Shown: positions 18,776 to 29,222 of the stretch, piece after piece | Layout: every line of letters starts with the position of its first letter | Numbering within the stretch: position 1 is the stretch's first letter | From: Sedimentisphaerales bacterium | GTDB lineage: Bacteria; Planctomycetota; Phycisphaerae; Sedimentisphaerales; Anaerobacaceae | NCBI GenBank assembly: GCA_040772485.1 | Contig: JAXGYC010000008.1 | Location: 288,001-352,000 of the forward strand | Reading direction: 5' to 3' | Length of the DNA stretch: 64,000 nt | The notes under the pieces: generated by a model | The model's database searches: none | Told to the model about the DNA's origin: nothing | The model's input: the letters and a program-made list of their open reading frames with translations, nothing else | Program-made: the position numbers and the translations under genes

Positions 18776-20131
18776 ATGGGACTACCTACCGTTGCCATCG
18801 TGGGCCGGCCGAACGTGGGCAAGAGCAGTCTGCTCAACGCGCTGGCGGGCGAGAGGATCAGCATCGTCGAGCCGACCGCCGGCGTGACGCGCGATCGCGT
18901 CAGCACGTTCCTCAGCCGGGACGACAAGTACTTCGAGCTGATCGACACCGGCGGCTACGGCATCGTCGATTCCGACCAGCTCAGCGATCACATCGAGCGG
19001 CAGATCTTCCAGGCCATCGGCTCGGCGACGCTGGTGATCTTCATGGTCGACATCCGCGACGGCCTGACGCCCCTCGATGAGAAAATCGCCCAGCTCCTGC
19101 GCAAATACAACCTCGACGTCATCGGCGTGGCCAACAAGGCCGACAGCGCCAAGATGTTCCCGGCGGCCGGGGAGTTCGTGCGCTTGGGCTTCGGCGAGTT
19201 CCTCTGCGTCTCGGCCGAGAACAACCTCAACAAGGCGGTGCTGCTCGACCGGATCTTCGCGCGGCTCGCGGACCGCGAGGACACCGGCGCCCCGCCGGAA
19301 CCGGTGATGAAGATCGCCATGGTCGGCAAACGCAACGCGGGCAAGAGCTCCATGGTCAACGCCATCGCCGGCGCCGAACGCGTCATCGTCAGCGAAATCC
19401 CGGGCACGACCCGCGACGCGGTCGACGTGCGGATCGAGAAGGACGGCAAGACTCTCGTCGTGATCGACACCGCCGGCGTCCGCAGAAAAGGCAAGATGGC
19501 CGATAACATCGAGTTTTACAGCAATGTCCGCGTCGCCCGTTCCATCCAGCGGGCCGACGTCGTCTGGTTCCTCATCGACGCGACCGTTCCGCTGAGCCAG
19601 GTGGACAAGAAGCTGGCCCGGCAGATCGCCGAAGAGCACAAGAGCTGCATCCTCGTCGTCAACAAGTGGGACCTGGCCAAGGACGTCGCAGCGACCAGCG
19701 ACTACGAGGAATACCTGACCGCCCGGCTGCCCGTGCTGAAGTACGCGCCGATCGCCTTCACGACCGCCGCCGCCGGCAAGAACGTCCAGGCGGTGCTGGA
19801 CCTGTCGGCCGAGCTGTTCAAGCAGGCCACCACGCGGATCGGCACCGGCCGGCTCAACAAGGCCTTCGAGGTCATCCGGGACGAGCGAACCGGCGCCAAG
19901 CGAGGCGGCGCCACCTGGCCCCGCGTCTACTACGCCACGCAGATCGCGACGAATCCCATCACCATCCTCATGTTCGTCAACAACCCCAAGCTCTTCGACG
20001 AGAACTACATGCGCTATGTCGCCAACCGGCTCGGGGCCCTGCTGCCCATCGGCGAGGTGCCCATCCGCCTGTTCGCCCGCTCCCACCGCAACGAGGCCTC
20101 GAAGCGCAAATCCCGCGCCGCCCGGCGTTGA
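18776..20131 (+). CDS. der: Ribosome biogenesis GTPase Der (EngA)
   Basis: Two GTPase domains (GRPNVGKS/DTGG/NKAD and GKRNAGKS/DTAG/NKWD) and a KH-like C-terminus. Confidence 0.97.
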   Translation: MGLPTVAIVGRPNVGKSSLLNALAGERISIVEPTAGVTRDRVSTFLSRDDKYFELIDTGGYGIVDSDQLSDHIERQIFQAIGSATLVIFMVDIRDGLTPLDEKIAQLLRKYNLDVIGVANKADSAKMFPAAGEFVRLGFGEFLCVSAENNLNKAVLLDRIFARLADREDTGAPPEPVMKIAMVGKRNAGKSSMVNAIAGAERVIVSEIPGTTRDAVDVRIEKDGKTLVVIDTAGVRRKGKMADNIEFYSNVRVARSIQRADVVWFLIDATVPLSQVDKKLARQIAEEHKSCILVVNKWDLAKDVAATSDYEEYLTARLPVLKYAPIAFTTAAAGKNVQAVLDLSAELFKQATTRIGTGRLNKAFEVIRDERTGAKRGGATWPRVYYATQIATNPITILMFVNNPKLFDENYMRYVANRLGALLPIGEVPIRLFARSHRNEASKRKSRAARR

Positions 20132-20135
20132 GTCT

Positions 20136-20263
20136 GTAGGGGCGAAGCATGCTTCGCCCTCACGGTATGCCCTTACGGACACACTACGAACACGTATGCC
20201 ACCCGTTTGTAGCGACGCCATAAGGCGTTCCGTTTGTCAGGGCGAGGCATGCCTCGCCCCTAC
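20136..20263. repeat. BIME-like REP cluster (A, B, B', A)
   Basis: Four GTAG/CTAC-footed hairpins immediately after the der stop. Confidence 0.85.
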
Positions 20264-20491
20264 GGCCAGTCCACAAGCGTCTGCGCTGTAAATCCCACAC
20301 CACACAGACCCGGCCAAGGGAATCCACTTCAGTCTCGGCAGGAGCACGACCCCGCCGGATGCTCCAGCCCGCCACGCGGAAGAACCACCCCCGAGAATGT
20401 ACCGGACACCTCTATTTTCCCCCCGCAATTGACTTTCAATTCGCGCCCCGACAGTTCCGGCAACGTGCGGGCGAGTGTGATGTGTCGAGCG

Positions 20492-21520
20492 CTATTCGAT
20501 TCGTTCGACGGTCGTGGCGCCTTCCATGGTCGTTTTCATGGTCATGGGTTCGCTCTCTTGAGCCGCACGCATCTGGGTTTCGCCGCTGAATCTCATTTGT
20601 GTCTTGCGGTCGAGCAACAGGCCGGTGGCTGGATCGACGTTGACGGCGGCCGTGCAGGTTCCGCCCAGTTTGGCGGTCGTCTTGCCGCTTGGCGTGGCCG
20701 ACACGATAGGCGGATCGTCCATCGCTCGCTCGGCGGTGATTTGGATCGTGCACTTCTCACGTGCCGCAGCCGTCAGCGTGCAGGCGCCCGTCATGGCGAG
20801 GGGGGTATTCGCGGCAACGGTCAGCGGGATCTGCCAACTGTCGCCTTGCTGAACGGGCACATCGGGAAAACGGACGATCAATTCGCCAACCAGGCCGCGG
20901 ATGCGGTCCGCGTTCATCAGGGGGAACGCCTCGATCTGCTTCTTCAGCGCCTGCCGTCGGCCCTCCCGCGAACCGAACCTCTGGTCGGTTTGCAGTATGG
21001 CGTTGCTGGCACGTTCCTTGAGCCGCTGGCGCATCATGTCGTCCTCCCGCTCCATGATATTGCGTGCAACCGCCAGGAAGAGACTGTCGGTGCCCAACTC
21101 GAGAATCTCGCCTTTGCGTGAGATCTTGACGGGGCAACATTCGCCGATGAAGGCCGAGTAGTGGCTCGCCAGGGGATCGCTGCTGTCGGTGGGCTTGGTC
21201 GAGTCGTATACGAGGCCCGGCTCGGCTCCCTTCATGCCGCTCGTCTCCTGGATGGCCACGAAACGAACGTTGGCCAGGACCGTGCCGTTGTCGGCCGTCT
21301 CGATGGGTTCGACCGCCAAGGTGGTCGTCCGCGAGTTGGCGATGACCATCTGCTGGGGGCCCATCTGCGTGGCGAGGTCCATCGTGGTGGTCGCCCGGTA
21401 TGTCCGCTTCTGCCCGGGCGGGAGGCGAAACTGCAAGTCGATCTTTGCAGCCGCATACACATGGGGACATGCGGCGGCACAGAGCGTCAGGGCAAGCACG
21501 GTCCTCTGCAGGGGTTGCAT
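20492..21520 (-). CDS. Secreted hypothetical protein (DUF6263-like)
   Basis: AAAGGAG RBS; signal peptide; YDST and FPDVPVQQGDSW motifs. Confidence 0.7.
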   Translation of the reverse strand: MQPLQRTVLALTLCAAACPHVYAAAKIDLQFRLPPGQKRTYRATTTMDLATQMGPQQMVIANSRTTTLAVEPIETADNGTVLANVRFVAIQETSGMKGAEPGLVYDSTKPTDSSDPLASHYSAFIGECCPVKISRKGEILELGTDSLFLAVARNIMEREDDMMRQRLKERASNAILQTDQRFGSREGRRQALKKQIEAFPLMNADRIRGLVGELIVRFPDVPVQQGDSWQIPLTVAANTPLAMTGACTLTAAAREKCTIQITAERAMDDPPIVSATPSGKTTAKLGGTCTAAVNVDPATGLLLDRKTQMRFSGETQMRAAQESEPMTMKTTMEGATTVERIE

Positions 21521-21810
21521 TTGGCGTCTCCTTTCGATGCATCAGTGGAGCTTCTCGGCGTGGCCGCCTTCGGCCAAAACGTCTTCTATCCTATGGACGC
21601 CCGGCGCGACGGAATGATCGAACAAAACGCCGAGCGGAAACTCAAAAGGTTACTCAAACGTGTCCGGCACTTCTTGCGGGGCCTACTTGGCTGGCCCGAT
21701 CCTCTGAATCCCACGTCGGTTACATGTTACGTGCCTCTCGACGTCCAGGCAGCGCATGACGGACTTCAACGGATTCATCGCAAGCAGGTCCGCGTCGTCT
21801 TCCTGGCGAT

Positions 21811-21839
21811 ATTATAGCAGAGGACAGACACCGGGCCAA
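21811..21839 (-). promoter_or_regulatory. Sigma70-type promoter (TTGGCC-17-TATAAT, extended -10)
   Basis: Minus-strand TGcTATAAT; points towards the gene starting at 21520 through a ~285-nt leader. Confidence 0.5.
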
Positions 21840-22048
21840 GGAGAACTGCGTGGCAGCCGTCTGGGATCAGCGCGACATCGGCGTCCACCATCCCCATCCG
21901 CCTGTGGCGGATGAGGCTGCCACCCAGGGCCTTCCGTATACCGCGCTTTCGGACGGGGGGCGATTTTTCCAGGGGTTTGCACAGATGCCGGCGGGGGGTA
22001 TACTGGTATCAGATGAACGAGCAGACGCTGTTCTCTGGAGAACCGGCC

Positions 22049-24025
22049 ATGACGATTCTACTAATACTACTTATCGCCGGGATCGCATTGCTTGCCGGCG
22101 GCACCCTTTACGCTCCGCTGATCGCCCGGCGGATGGGAGAGCAGAAGGCCCGGATCACGCCGGCCGTTTCCATCAATGACGGACGCGACTACGTTCCCAC
22201 CAAGACGCCCGTGGTCTTTGCGCACCATTTCGCGTCGATCGCCGGAGCCGGACCGATCATCGGGCCGGTGCTGGCGATCCTCTACGGCTGGGGACCTGCC
22301 CTGTTGTGGATCGTCCTGGGCGGCATCTTCCTCGGCGGCGTGCACGACTTCGTGGCGACCTACGTGACAATGCGTGAGGGCGGCAAGAATCTGACCGTGA
22401 TCGCGCGGCGCTACATCGGCCCGGCGGCATTCGTGATGATGCTCGTGATTCTGGTGGCGATCCTGGTGCTGGTCTGCGCGGCCTTTCTCGATCTGTCCGC
22501 CACCGCGCTGACGAGCAAGGTCGCGCTGTCCGATCTCGGCATGCAATCGGGCCAGACCCTGTTGCGCGAGAAGTCGATCGTCAATCCGCGAACCGGCGTG
22601 GCCGAGCCGTATGCGTTAATCGGTGGAATCGCCTCGATGTCCGTGATCGTCATCACCGCCTTCTCGCCCCTGATGGGATTCCTGTACCTCAAGAAGAAAT
22701 GGCCTGTAGGGGTGTGTTCGCTCCTGGCGCTGGTGATCTGTGCGATCTCGATCCTGATCGGCTTGAAATGGCCCGTTTCGGTTTCTCCTCTGACCTGGAA
22801 GCTAATGATCAGCGGCTACGTGCTGCTGGCGGCGGGCATGCCCGTCTGGTTCTTCCTGCAGAGCAGGGACTTCATCAACGTGCACATTCTGTACGCCGGC
22901 CTGGTGTTTCTGCTGGTGGCCCTGATCGCGGCGGGACTTCGCGGCGCCGCGGTCGCCGGAGCCGCCATCCCCTGGAACAACTGGTCGGAGGGAACCAGGA
23001 TCCTCGGCCCGGGCTGGCCCATCCTGTTTGTCACCATCGCCTGCGGCGCCGTCAGCGGCTTTCACAGCCTCTGCGCCGGCGGGACCACCTGCAAGCAGCT
23101 CTCCAACGAACGTGCGGCCCGCAAGGTCGGCTACTGGGCGATGCTTCTCGAAAGTCTCCTGGCGGTGTGCGTGGTGTGCTGTCTGATCCTGGGACTGTCG
23201 CTGGGCACATACAAGAGCTACTGCTATCCGGCCGCGGGCGGCGGCAATGCCGTGTTGACCTTCGCCATGGCCGTCGGGCACACGGTCCACCTTGGCCTGG
23301 GGCTGCCCGTCGCCGCTGGCGCGCTCGGCGCCATGCTGCTGCTGGAGGGTTTCCTCGTCACGACGCTGGACACCGCGATCCGTCTGACCCGGTACATGAT
23401 CGAGGAAGGCTGGGCCACGTTCTTCGGCCGATACGATGTGTTCGCCCGGCCGGTGGCAGCCGTCGCGGCTGCGACCGATGGGAGCAATGCCGCTCCGCAG
23501 CGGATCGAGCCAACGGGCGCCGGCGGCCTGGCCGTCACTGAGCCGCCCGTGAGATATGCGCAGCCCACCGGCGAGGGCATCCCCACCAGAGGCGTCAATC
23601 GCGCGATCCTGCGGTTCCTGCAACTGTACTGGGTCAATTCGGGAATTGCGGTCGGCCTGATGCTGCTGCTGGGTCTGACCAACGGCTATTCCGTGGTGTG
23701 GAACATCTTCGGTTCGGCGAATCAACTTCTGGCGGCGCTGGCCCTCTGGGTGGGCACAACCTGGCTGATGAGCAAGGGACGTCAGTACTGGTTCGCCATC
23801 GTTCCGGCGGTCTTCATGTTCGTCACCTCCATCACCATGCTCGTCTGGCTGCTGGCCAAGAAGTACATCCCCGGCTGGCAAGCGGGCCAGAGCGGCATGC
23901 TCGCGCTGCTCATCGCGGACGTCATCGTGCTGGCCATGACCGCCGGCATCCTCGGTCTGACGCTCAAGAACTGGCTGATGAAGGGAACTCTGGCAACTGT
24001 CGCCCGCCCGACCCACGAGATGTGA
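22049..24025 (+). CDS. cstA: Carbon starvation protein CstA family transporter
   Basis: DGRDYVPT, HHFASIAGAGPIIGP, IACGAVSGFHSL, TTLDTAIRL and FGSANQLLA motifs. Confidence 0.95.
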   Translation: MTILLILLIAGIALLAGGTLYAPLIARRMGEQKARITPAVSINDGRDYVPTKTPVVFAHHFASIAGAGPIIGPVLAILYGWGPALLWIVLGGIFLGGVHDFVATYVTMREGGKNLTVIARRYIGPAAFVMMLVILVAILVLVCAAFLDLSATALTSKVALSDLGMQSGQTLLREKSIVNPRTGVAEPYALIGGIASMSVIVITAFSPLMGFLYLKKKWPVGVCSLLALVICAISILIGLKWPVSVSPLTWKLMISGYVLLAAGMPVWFFLQSRDFINVHILYAGLVFLLVALIAAGLRGAAVAGAAIPWNNWSEGTRILGPGWPILFVTIACGAVSGFHSLCAGGTTCKQLSNERAARKVGYWAMLLESLLAVCVVCCLILGLSLGTYKSYCYPAAGGGNAVLTFAMAVGHTVHLGLGLPVAAGALGAMLLLEGFLVTTLDTAIRLTRYMIEEGWATFFGRYDVFARPVAAVAAATDGSNAAPQRIEPTGAGGLAVTEPPVRYAQPTGEGIPTRGVNRAILRFLQLYWVNSGIAVGLMLLLGLTNGYSVVWNIFGSANQLLAALALWVGTTWLMSKGRQYWFAIVPAVFMFVTSITMLVWLLAKKYIPGWQAGQSGMLALLIADVIVLAMTAGILGLTLKNWLMKGTLATVARPTHEM

Positions 24026-24092
24026 CGGCGGGCAGTGATTCGTGGGAAACTCCGCGCGGCACCCGGCCGACGGTCATGAACCGGCCGCGACG

Positions 24093-25124
24093 CTATTGGC
24101 CGGACGGTTCGATACCCTCGTCTTCGGGAATCAGCTCCAGCACGAACCGCGCCGAGGGAAGCGATGTGCCTTCGATCTGCTTGTTTTGAACGTACTGCTG
24201 CGGGAAGTTGAAGACGACGGGCCTGGTGATGACGTCCGTTGCCTGCCGGTCCGAATCCAGCACGTACAGGAAGATGTGGAAAGGCTGCCGTTCGTAGGCT
24301 TGCCAGGCCTCCATGGTCGCCCGGACCAGGACCGTTGCCAGTTCGGCCTCATTTTCGAGGACAACCCGGTACGTGCCCTGCGTGTTCGTGCTGAAGCAGT
24401 AGCCTAAGACCGCCTGCACCGGATGCTCGGCCAGCACCACCTCTTCGCGGGCCAGCGTCACGCTCACCCGGGTGGCAATCTCCCGGCTCTGTCCGGCCGT
24501 CAGTTCCACGTAGGGGTTCTTTCGAATCGGCGAGCCCCGAGCCTGTGCCTGCTCGTTTGCCGAGAGGCGAACCCGGGCCGCAACCACGCCGTCCGGAACG
24601 TACGCGCTGACCGTCGGTGGCTCGATGGTGGCCCGCAAGGACGCGCCGTTTTCGTCGACGCACTCCACGGGAACAGGTCGCTCCACCAACGGGCGGATCT
24701 GGACGGTCAGCGTCCTCGGTTCGCAGCTCTCCACGGTCAGGCCCAGTTGCCGGATCTCGTCGCTCTGCTTGAGGAAGTTCAGCACGTCGAACGTTCGCGG
24801 GCCGACTTGCGTCCATCCTTCCTCTTCGGGCGAAACGAAGAGGTCGAGGGGCAGTTCCCCCTTCTTCCTCTTCCGATCCACCTCGGTCACGCGCGAGGCG
24901 GGCCCCTTCAGATCGACGGTATCGATGGTCACGGTGGGCAGCAGCGCCGATTCCGGGCCTTCGAAGCTCACCCAGAGCGCTGCATCACTCGGCCGGGCCA
25001 CCGTGATGGTCACGTAATTGGACAGGGACATCGGCTCATCCTGGGCCAGATCCGACCACACCCAGATCAGGACGGTCAGAAAGACCACGATGGATATCTT
25101 GCCAAGTTTGGGGTTCTTAACCAT
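24093..25124 (-). CDS. CdaR/YbbR-like membrane-anchored protein
   Basis: N-terminal TM (LTVLIWVW); LKGP and EPRTLTV beta-rich repeats; directly downstream of cdaA. Confidence 0.65.
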   Translation of the reverse strand: MVKNPKLGKISIVVFLTVLIWVWSDLAQDEPMSLSNYVTITVARPSDAALWVSFEGPESALLPTVTIDTVDLKGPASRVTEVDRKRKKGELPLDLFVSPEEEGWTQVGPRTFDVLNFLKQSDEIRQLGLTVESCEPRTLTVQIRPLVERPVPVECVDENGASLRATIEPPTVSAYVPDGVVAARVRLSANEQAQARGSPIRKNPYVELTAGQSREIATRVSVTLAREEVVLAEHPVQAVLGYCFSTNTQGTYRVVLENEAELATVLVRATMEAWQAYERQPFHIFLYVLDSDRQATDVITRPVVFNFPQQYVQNKQIEGTSLPSARFVLELIPEDEGIEPSGQ

Positions 25125-25216
25125 GTCCGTATTCAAACCCTGCCTTGTCAGGTTTCTGCGCTCGGTCCGTCCCGGCACAACGTCGTCGTCGATCCGGACC
25201 CCGCGCGACCGCGGCT

Positions 25217-26044
25217 CTACTCGTGACGCTTGAGCAGGCGTCCCACCAGGGGTACATTGCCCGCCATAGTGCTGGTCAGGTACGAACGGATCTGGGCTTC
25301 GGTCACGTTGCGAACCAGCCGACCGTTCCGCGCCACGGAAATGGCGCCCGTCTCTTCGCTGACCACCAGACACGTGGCATCGGAGCCGGCGGTGATCCCC
25401 AGCGCCGCTCTGTGACGCGAGCCCAGCTCGATGCCGTCCATGGCGCCCGCCTCGGCCAGCGGAAGCTGAACCCTGGCCGCGATGATCCGGTCGCCCCGGA
25501 TGACGACCGCCATATCGTGCAGCGCCGTGCCGGGATAAAAGATCGTCTTGAGCAGATCGGCGGTGACCCGCGCGTCCAGTCGAACTCCGGTCTCGATGAA
25601 CTCGCCCAGGGCCACCTGTCTTTCGAGCACGATGATCGCTCCGATGCGAGCGGCCGACAACTCGGTGACCGCGGTGATCAGTGCCTCGACCGTCCGCGAG
25701 AGTTGATGGAGAGACCCTGTCCAGATTCGAGGTTGCCCAATCTGGATGAGAACTCTCCGAATTTCGGGTTGGAAGGCCGCGACCGCCACGATGAGAACCG
25801 CGATCAGGAAGCCCTTGTAGAGATACTGCAGCCGGTCGAAAGGAAGCCGCTCGACGACAAGGTTCAAGACCAGCACCCCGGCGACGAGCAGAAAAATGAC
25901 ACCGCGAAACAGCCTCTCCCCGCGTGTGCCCTCGAGAAAATCCACCACCCAATAAACCACCAGCCCGATCAGGACGAGCTCAACGACAACCACCCACCAT
26001 TCATAGCGTGCGACCCGACTGAAATAGTCAACCAGCGTATCCAC
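25217..26044 (-). CDS. cdaA: Diadenylate cyclase CdaA
   Basis: Three N-terminal TMs; FQPEIRR, IFYPGTALHD, GSRHRAA and VSEETG motifs; GTG start. Confidence 0.93.
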   Translation of the reverse strand: MDTLVDYFSRVARYEWWVVVVELVLIGLVVYWVVDFLEGTRGERLFRGVIFLLVAGVLVLNLVVERLPFDRLQYLYKGFLIAVLIVAVAAFQPEIRRVLIQIGQPRIWTGSLHQLSRTVEALITAVTELSAARIGAIIVLERQVALGEFIETGVRLDARVTADLLKTIFYPGTALHDMAVVIRGDRIIAARVQLPLAEAGAMDGIELGSRHRAALGITAGSDATCLVVSEETGAISVARNGRLVRNVTEAQIRSYLTSTMAGNVPLVGRLLKRHE

Positions 26045-26086
26045 CCAAAACCCTTCCGTGGGCCCGGTCACAACCTTAGCCGCAGA

Positions 26087-26356
26087 CTACGGCAGTCTCT
26101 TGTCGGTGAGGTTGCTGGGCCGATCCAGCAGCAGCACCGTGTCGATGTCGGCGCGCATCATTTCGAAGTTGGTCTGGACGACTCGTTTGTGCCGCCGGTT
26201 GCCCTCGGCCGCCGTCTCGCCCGGATAGTTCCACCCGGAGGAGCAACCGCAGGGCAGAAGCACCAGAACGCACAGGATCAAGGCAAGCGCCAGCGAACGC
26301 AGGTTCAAACGACCGCTCCCTTGCTCGGTTTTCTCGACAGCCACTACGCTTTTCAT
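26087..26356 (-). CDS. Small putative lipoprotein
   Basis: AAGGGG RBS; hydrophobic stretch ending in LPCGC; DIDTVLLLDRPS tail. Confidence 0.65.
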   Translation of the reverse strand: MKSVVAVEKTEQGSGRLNLRSLALALILCVLVLLPCGCSSGWNYPGETAAEGNRRHKRVVQTNFEMMRADIDTVLLLDRPSNLTDKRLP

Positions 26357-26475
26357 CGTTTCCCCTTCTTTTCAGTGTCCACTCGAATCCTGTGCGGCCG
26401 CATGCGATATCCTGCGCGCTGCCGGCTACGTGCCCCGTAACCGAGCGGCGCAAAACCTGCCCCGACAGAGACTTA

Positions 26476-26504
26476 ATTATAGCACGCCCGTTCGGGCCTG
26501 TCAA
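26476..26504 (-). promoter_or_regulatory. Consensus sigma70 promoter of the lipoprotein-cdaA-cdaR operon
   Basis: TTGACA-17nt-TATAAT with TG extension; palindrome GCCCG-NN-CGGGC in the spacer. Confidence 0.8.
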
Positions 26505-26777
26505 GCGTCCCGAGAATTTTGCGCCGCCGCGTCACCTAACCGCTTCCCAGCAGAGAACTTGCGTCGATCTGCGTCCGAAACGATGGGGCTATGGGACCTT
26601 CCGCCCGCGGCGTTCCTGCCGCCCCGCCGCAGCCAGATCCCCCGTCGGCGGCGTCGGAAAAGCCTTCAAACTGGCCCCACAAGCGGTACAATACCCCGCG
26701 TGCAGGCTCCGGAACCGCTCCGGCACGCGGTCGCCGCCGGCACAGAAGGACCCTTGGCAGTTGTGCAGGAGATCGAC

Positions 26778-28064
26778 ATGGGCAAGAAGTCATCCGTCCC
26801 CCGCCTCACCAGCCGGCAGCGCGTCGTCGCCGCGATCAATCACCAGCCCGCCGACCGCGTCCCCATCGATCTCGGAGGCACCGCCTGCTCGGGCGCCCAC
26901 GTCAGCGTTGTCGCCCGCCTCCGCCAGGCACTGGGGCTCGACAAGCCCGGAACGCCCGTCAAGGTCGTCGAAATGTATCAGATGCTCGGCGAGATCGGCG
27001 CCGACCTGCGGGAGGCGCTGGGGATCGACGTCGTCGAGCTGCCCAAGCCGAAGAACATGTTCGGTTTTGCGAACGCCGGCTGGAAACGCTGGCGGACGTT
27101 CGACGGCACCGATGTGCTCGTGCCCGCCAAATTCAACACCGAGCCCGAGCCCAACGGCGACATCCTGATGTATCCGCAGGGCGACCGGTCCGCCAAGCCC
27201 TCGGGCAGGATGCCCAAAGGCGGCTTCTATTTCGACTCGATCATCCGCCAGCACCCCATTGACGACGCCAGACTCGATCCGGCCGATAATGTCGAGGAAT
27301 TCAGCCCTGTCAGCGACGAGGACTTAGCCTTCTACGAGAAGCACGCCAAAGACCTGTACGACAACACCGACCTGGCCATCGCCGCGGGCTTTCCGGGCAC
27401 TGCCTTCGGCGACATCGCGCTGGTGCCCGCGCCGTGGATGAAGGACCCCAAGGGCATTCGCGACATTGAGGAGTGGTACATCAGCACCATCACCCGCCGG
27501 AACTACATCCAGGAGGTCTTCGCCCGCCAGGCCGAGATCGCGATCGAGAACCTCAAGCGCATCCATCAGGCGGTCGGCGACCGGGTGCACGCGGTCTTCA
27601 TGTGCGGCACCGATCTGGCGTCGCAGAACAGCCTGTTCTGCTCGCCCGACGCCTACCGCGAGCTGTACCTGCCGCACGCCAAAAAGCTCAACGACTGGGT
27701 CCACGCGCACACAAAGTGGAAGACGCTCAAGCACTGTTGCGGCGGATGCGAGCCGCTGATCGACGGGCTCATCGACGCCGGATACAACATCCTCAACCCC
27801 GTCCAGACCTCCGCCAGAGGAATGGACCCTGCGACGCTCGTCGAAAAGTACGGCGACCGCATCGTCTTCTGGGGCGGTGGCGTCGACACGCAACAGACCC
27901 TGCCCTTCGGCGCCCCCGACGAGGTCCGCGCCCAGGTCGCCGAACGCGTCAAGATCTTCAGCCGCAAACACGGCTTCGTCTTCAACACCATCCACAATAT
28001 CCAGTGCAACACCCCCACCCAAAACCTCCTCGCCATGTTCGCCGCCCTCGGACGAAACGTGTAA
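26778..28064 (+). CDS. Uroporphyrinogen decarboxylase family protein (methyltransferase-like)
   Basis: TSRQRV..AINHQPADRVPIDLGG, HCCG, LNPVQ, FWGGGVDTQ and GFVFNTIHNIQ motifs; AGGAG RBS. Confidence 0.9.
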   Translation: MGKKSSVPRLTSRQRVVAAINHQPADRVPIDLGGTACSGAHVSVVARLRQALGLDKPGTPVKVVEMYQMLGEIGADLREALGIDVVELPKPKNMFGFANAGWKRWRTFDGTDVLVPAKFNTEPEPNGDILMYPQGDRSAKPSGRMPKGGFYFDSIIRQHPIDDARLDPADNVEEFSPVSDEDLAFYEKHAKDLYDNTDLAIAAGFPGTAFGDIALVPAPWMKDPKGIRDIEEWYISTITRRNYIQEVFARQAEIAIENLKRIHQAVGDRVHAVFMCGTDLASQNSLFCSPDAYRELYLPHAKKLNDWVHAHTKWKTLKHCCGGCEPLIDGLIDAGYNILNPVQTSARGMDPATLVEKYGDRIVFWGGGVDTQQTLPFGAPDEVRAQVAERVKIFSRKHGFVFNTIHNIQCNTPTQNLLAMFAALGRNV

Positions 28065-28134
28065 CGTGTGAATGCGTAGATGGGTAGAAGCGTAGACGCG
28101 TGAATCCCGGGTGGCTCGACGGTCATTCGACAGC

Positions 28135-28163
28135 TTGACATCTGTGTACGGGCCGCCTATAGT
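28135..28163 (+). promoter_or_regulatory. Sigma70 promoter of the MNT-HEPN pair
   Basis: TTGACA-17nt-TATAGT. Confidence 0.7.
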
Positions 28164-28226
28164 CCAAGTGGTTCTGTGCCTGGCTGGGATACATGGCACG
28201 AGCATCGAGATCGTGGAGACGGCGGC

Positions 28227-28670
28227 ATGAAAGCCGAATCGGACAAAGAGCGAATGGCGACTGCAGCGGCATCCGGGTCCAAGCCAATCGATTTGCAGCG
28301 TCTGGCAGCCGTTCTTGGCGGTATCCCGTTCATCGATTACGCAATGGTTTTTGGCTCGGCTCGGGACGGCGTCGCGCCCACCGGATCTGATCTGGACGTC
28401 GCCGTATCGTTGGCAGATGGCGACGCGGAGGACTTCGACCGCCTTGTGGAAATCGTGAGCAGGGTGGAAGAAACGTTCGATGTCCCCTGCGATCTGACGG
28501 TGCTCAATACGGCGGGGCCTGTGCTTCGGCATGAAGCGTTGAAGGGACGCGTGCTCTTCGTGCGACCCGGTCGGCAGGAGAATTTCGCTGACTTTTTCAC
28601 CCGAACGTGTGCCGAGTACGAAGACCTCATGGCGCTCCGCGCCCGGCAACTCGCCTACAGGGGGTACTGA
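28227..28670 (+). CDS. Minimal nucleotidyltransferase (MntA-type antitoxin, TA pair 3)
   Basis: FGSARDG...SDLDVAV and DLTVLN.A.P motifs. Confidence 0.85.
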   Translation: MKAESDKERMATAAASGSKPIDLQRLAAVLGGIPFIDYAMVFGSARDGVAPTGSDLDVAVSLADGDAEDFDRLVEIVSRVEETFDVPCDLTVLNTAGPVLRHEALKGRVLFVRPGRQENFADFFTRTCAEYEDLMALRARQLAYRGY

Positions 28671-29107
28671 TGCCCATCAACGGTATCGTCGAGAGCAAGC
28701 TTCGTTTCCTCGAACAGACCCTGGCCGACCTGGAGAGTTGGCCTCTGGGGACCCAGGGCGAGTTCGCCCACAACTCCATGCTTCGACGGGCCGTGGAACG
28801 TGCCCTGCAGCTTGCCATCGAGAGTATGATCGACGTTGCGGAGCGGATTCTGGCTGCCAGACACCTACCGCCGGCCGACACCGCCGGACAGAATCTCCAT
28901 CGGCTCCAGGAAATCGGGGTCTTGAAAGATGCCGATCGTTACGCCGAAATGGTGCGCTTTCGCAACTTCATTGTCCATCGATATGAACAGATCGAGCCTC
29001 AGATCATCTACCGTCTTGCGACGACCAAACTGAGTCACTTTCGCGACTTCATCGACGAGATCCGCAAAGCCTGCGCGGATCAGACATCCGAGCAGGAAGG
29101 AGCCTAA
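28670..29107 (+). CDS. HEPN/DUF86 (HepT-type) ribonuclease toxin (TA pair 3)
   Basis: ERALQLAIE and RNFIVHRY (Rx4HxY) motifs; TGATG coupling to the upstream gene. Confidence 0.9.
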   Translation: MPINGIVESKLRFLEQTLADLESWPLGTQGEFAHNSMLRRAVERALQLAIESMIDVAERILAARHLPPADTAGQNLHRLQEIGVLKDADRYAEMVRFRNFIVHRYEQIEPQIIYRLATTKLSHFRDFIDEIRKACADQTSEQEGA

Positions 29108-29222
29108 AGACGATAGGCGCCTGCCTCCCTGGCGAATCCGCCCGGCCCGCCGACTACAACATCCAGTGCAACACCCCCACCCAAAACCTCCTCGCCATGT
29201 TCCAGGCCCTCGGACGAAACCT

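Noticed and set aside
21521..21805. Structured ncRNA (6S-like or riboswitch) downstream of a strong minus-strand promoter
   Set aside because: Only a loose hairpin is present and no recognisable family motif; kept as a promoter only.
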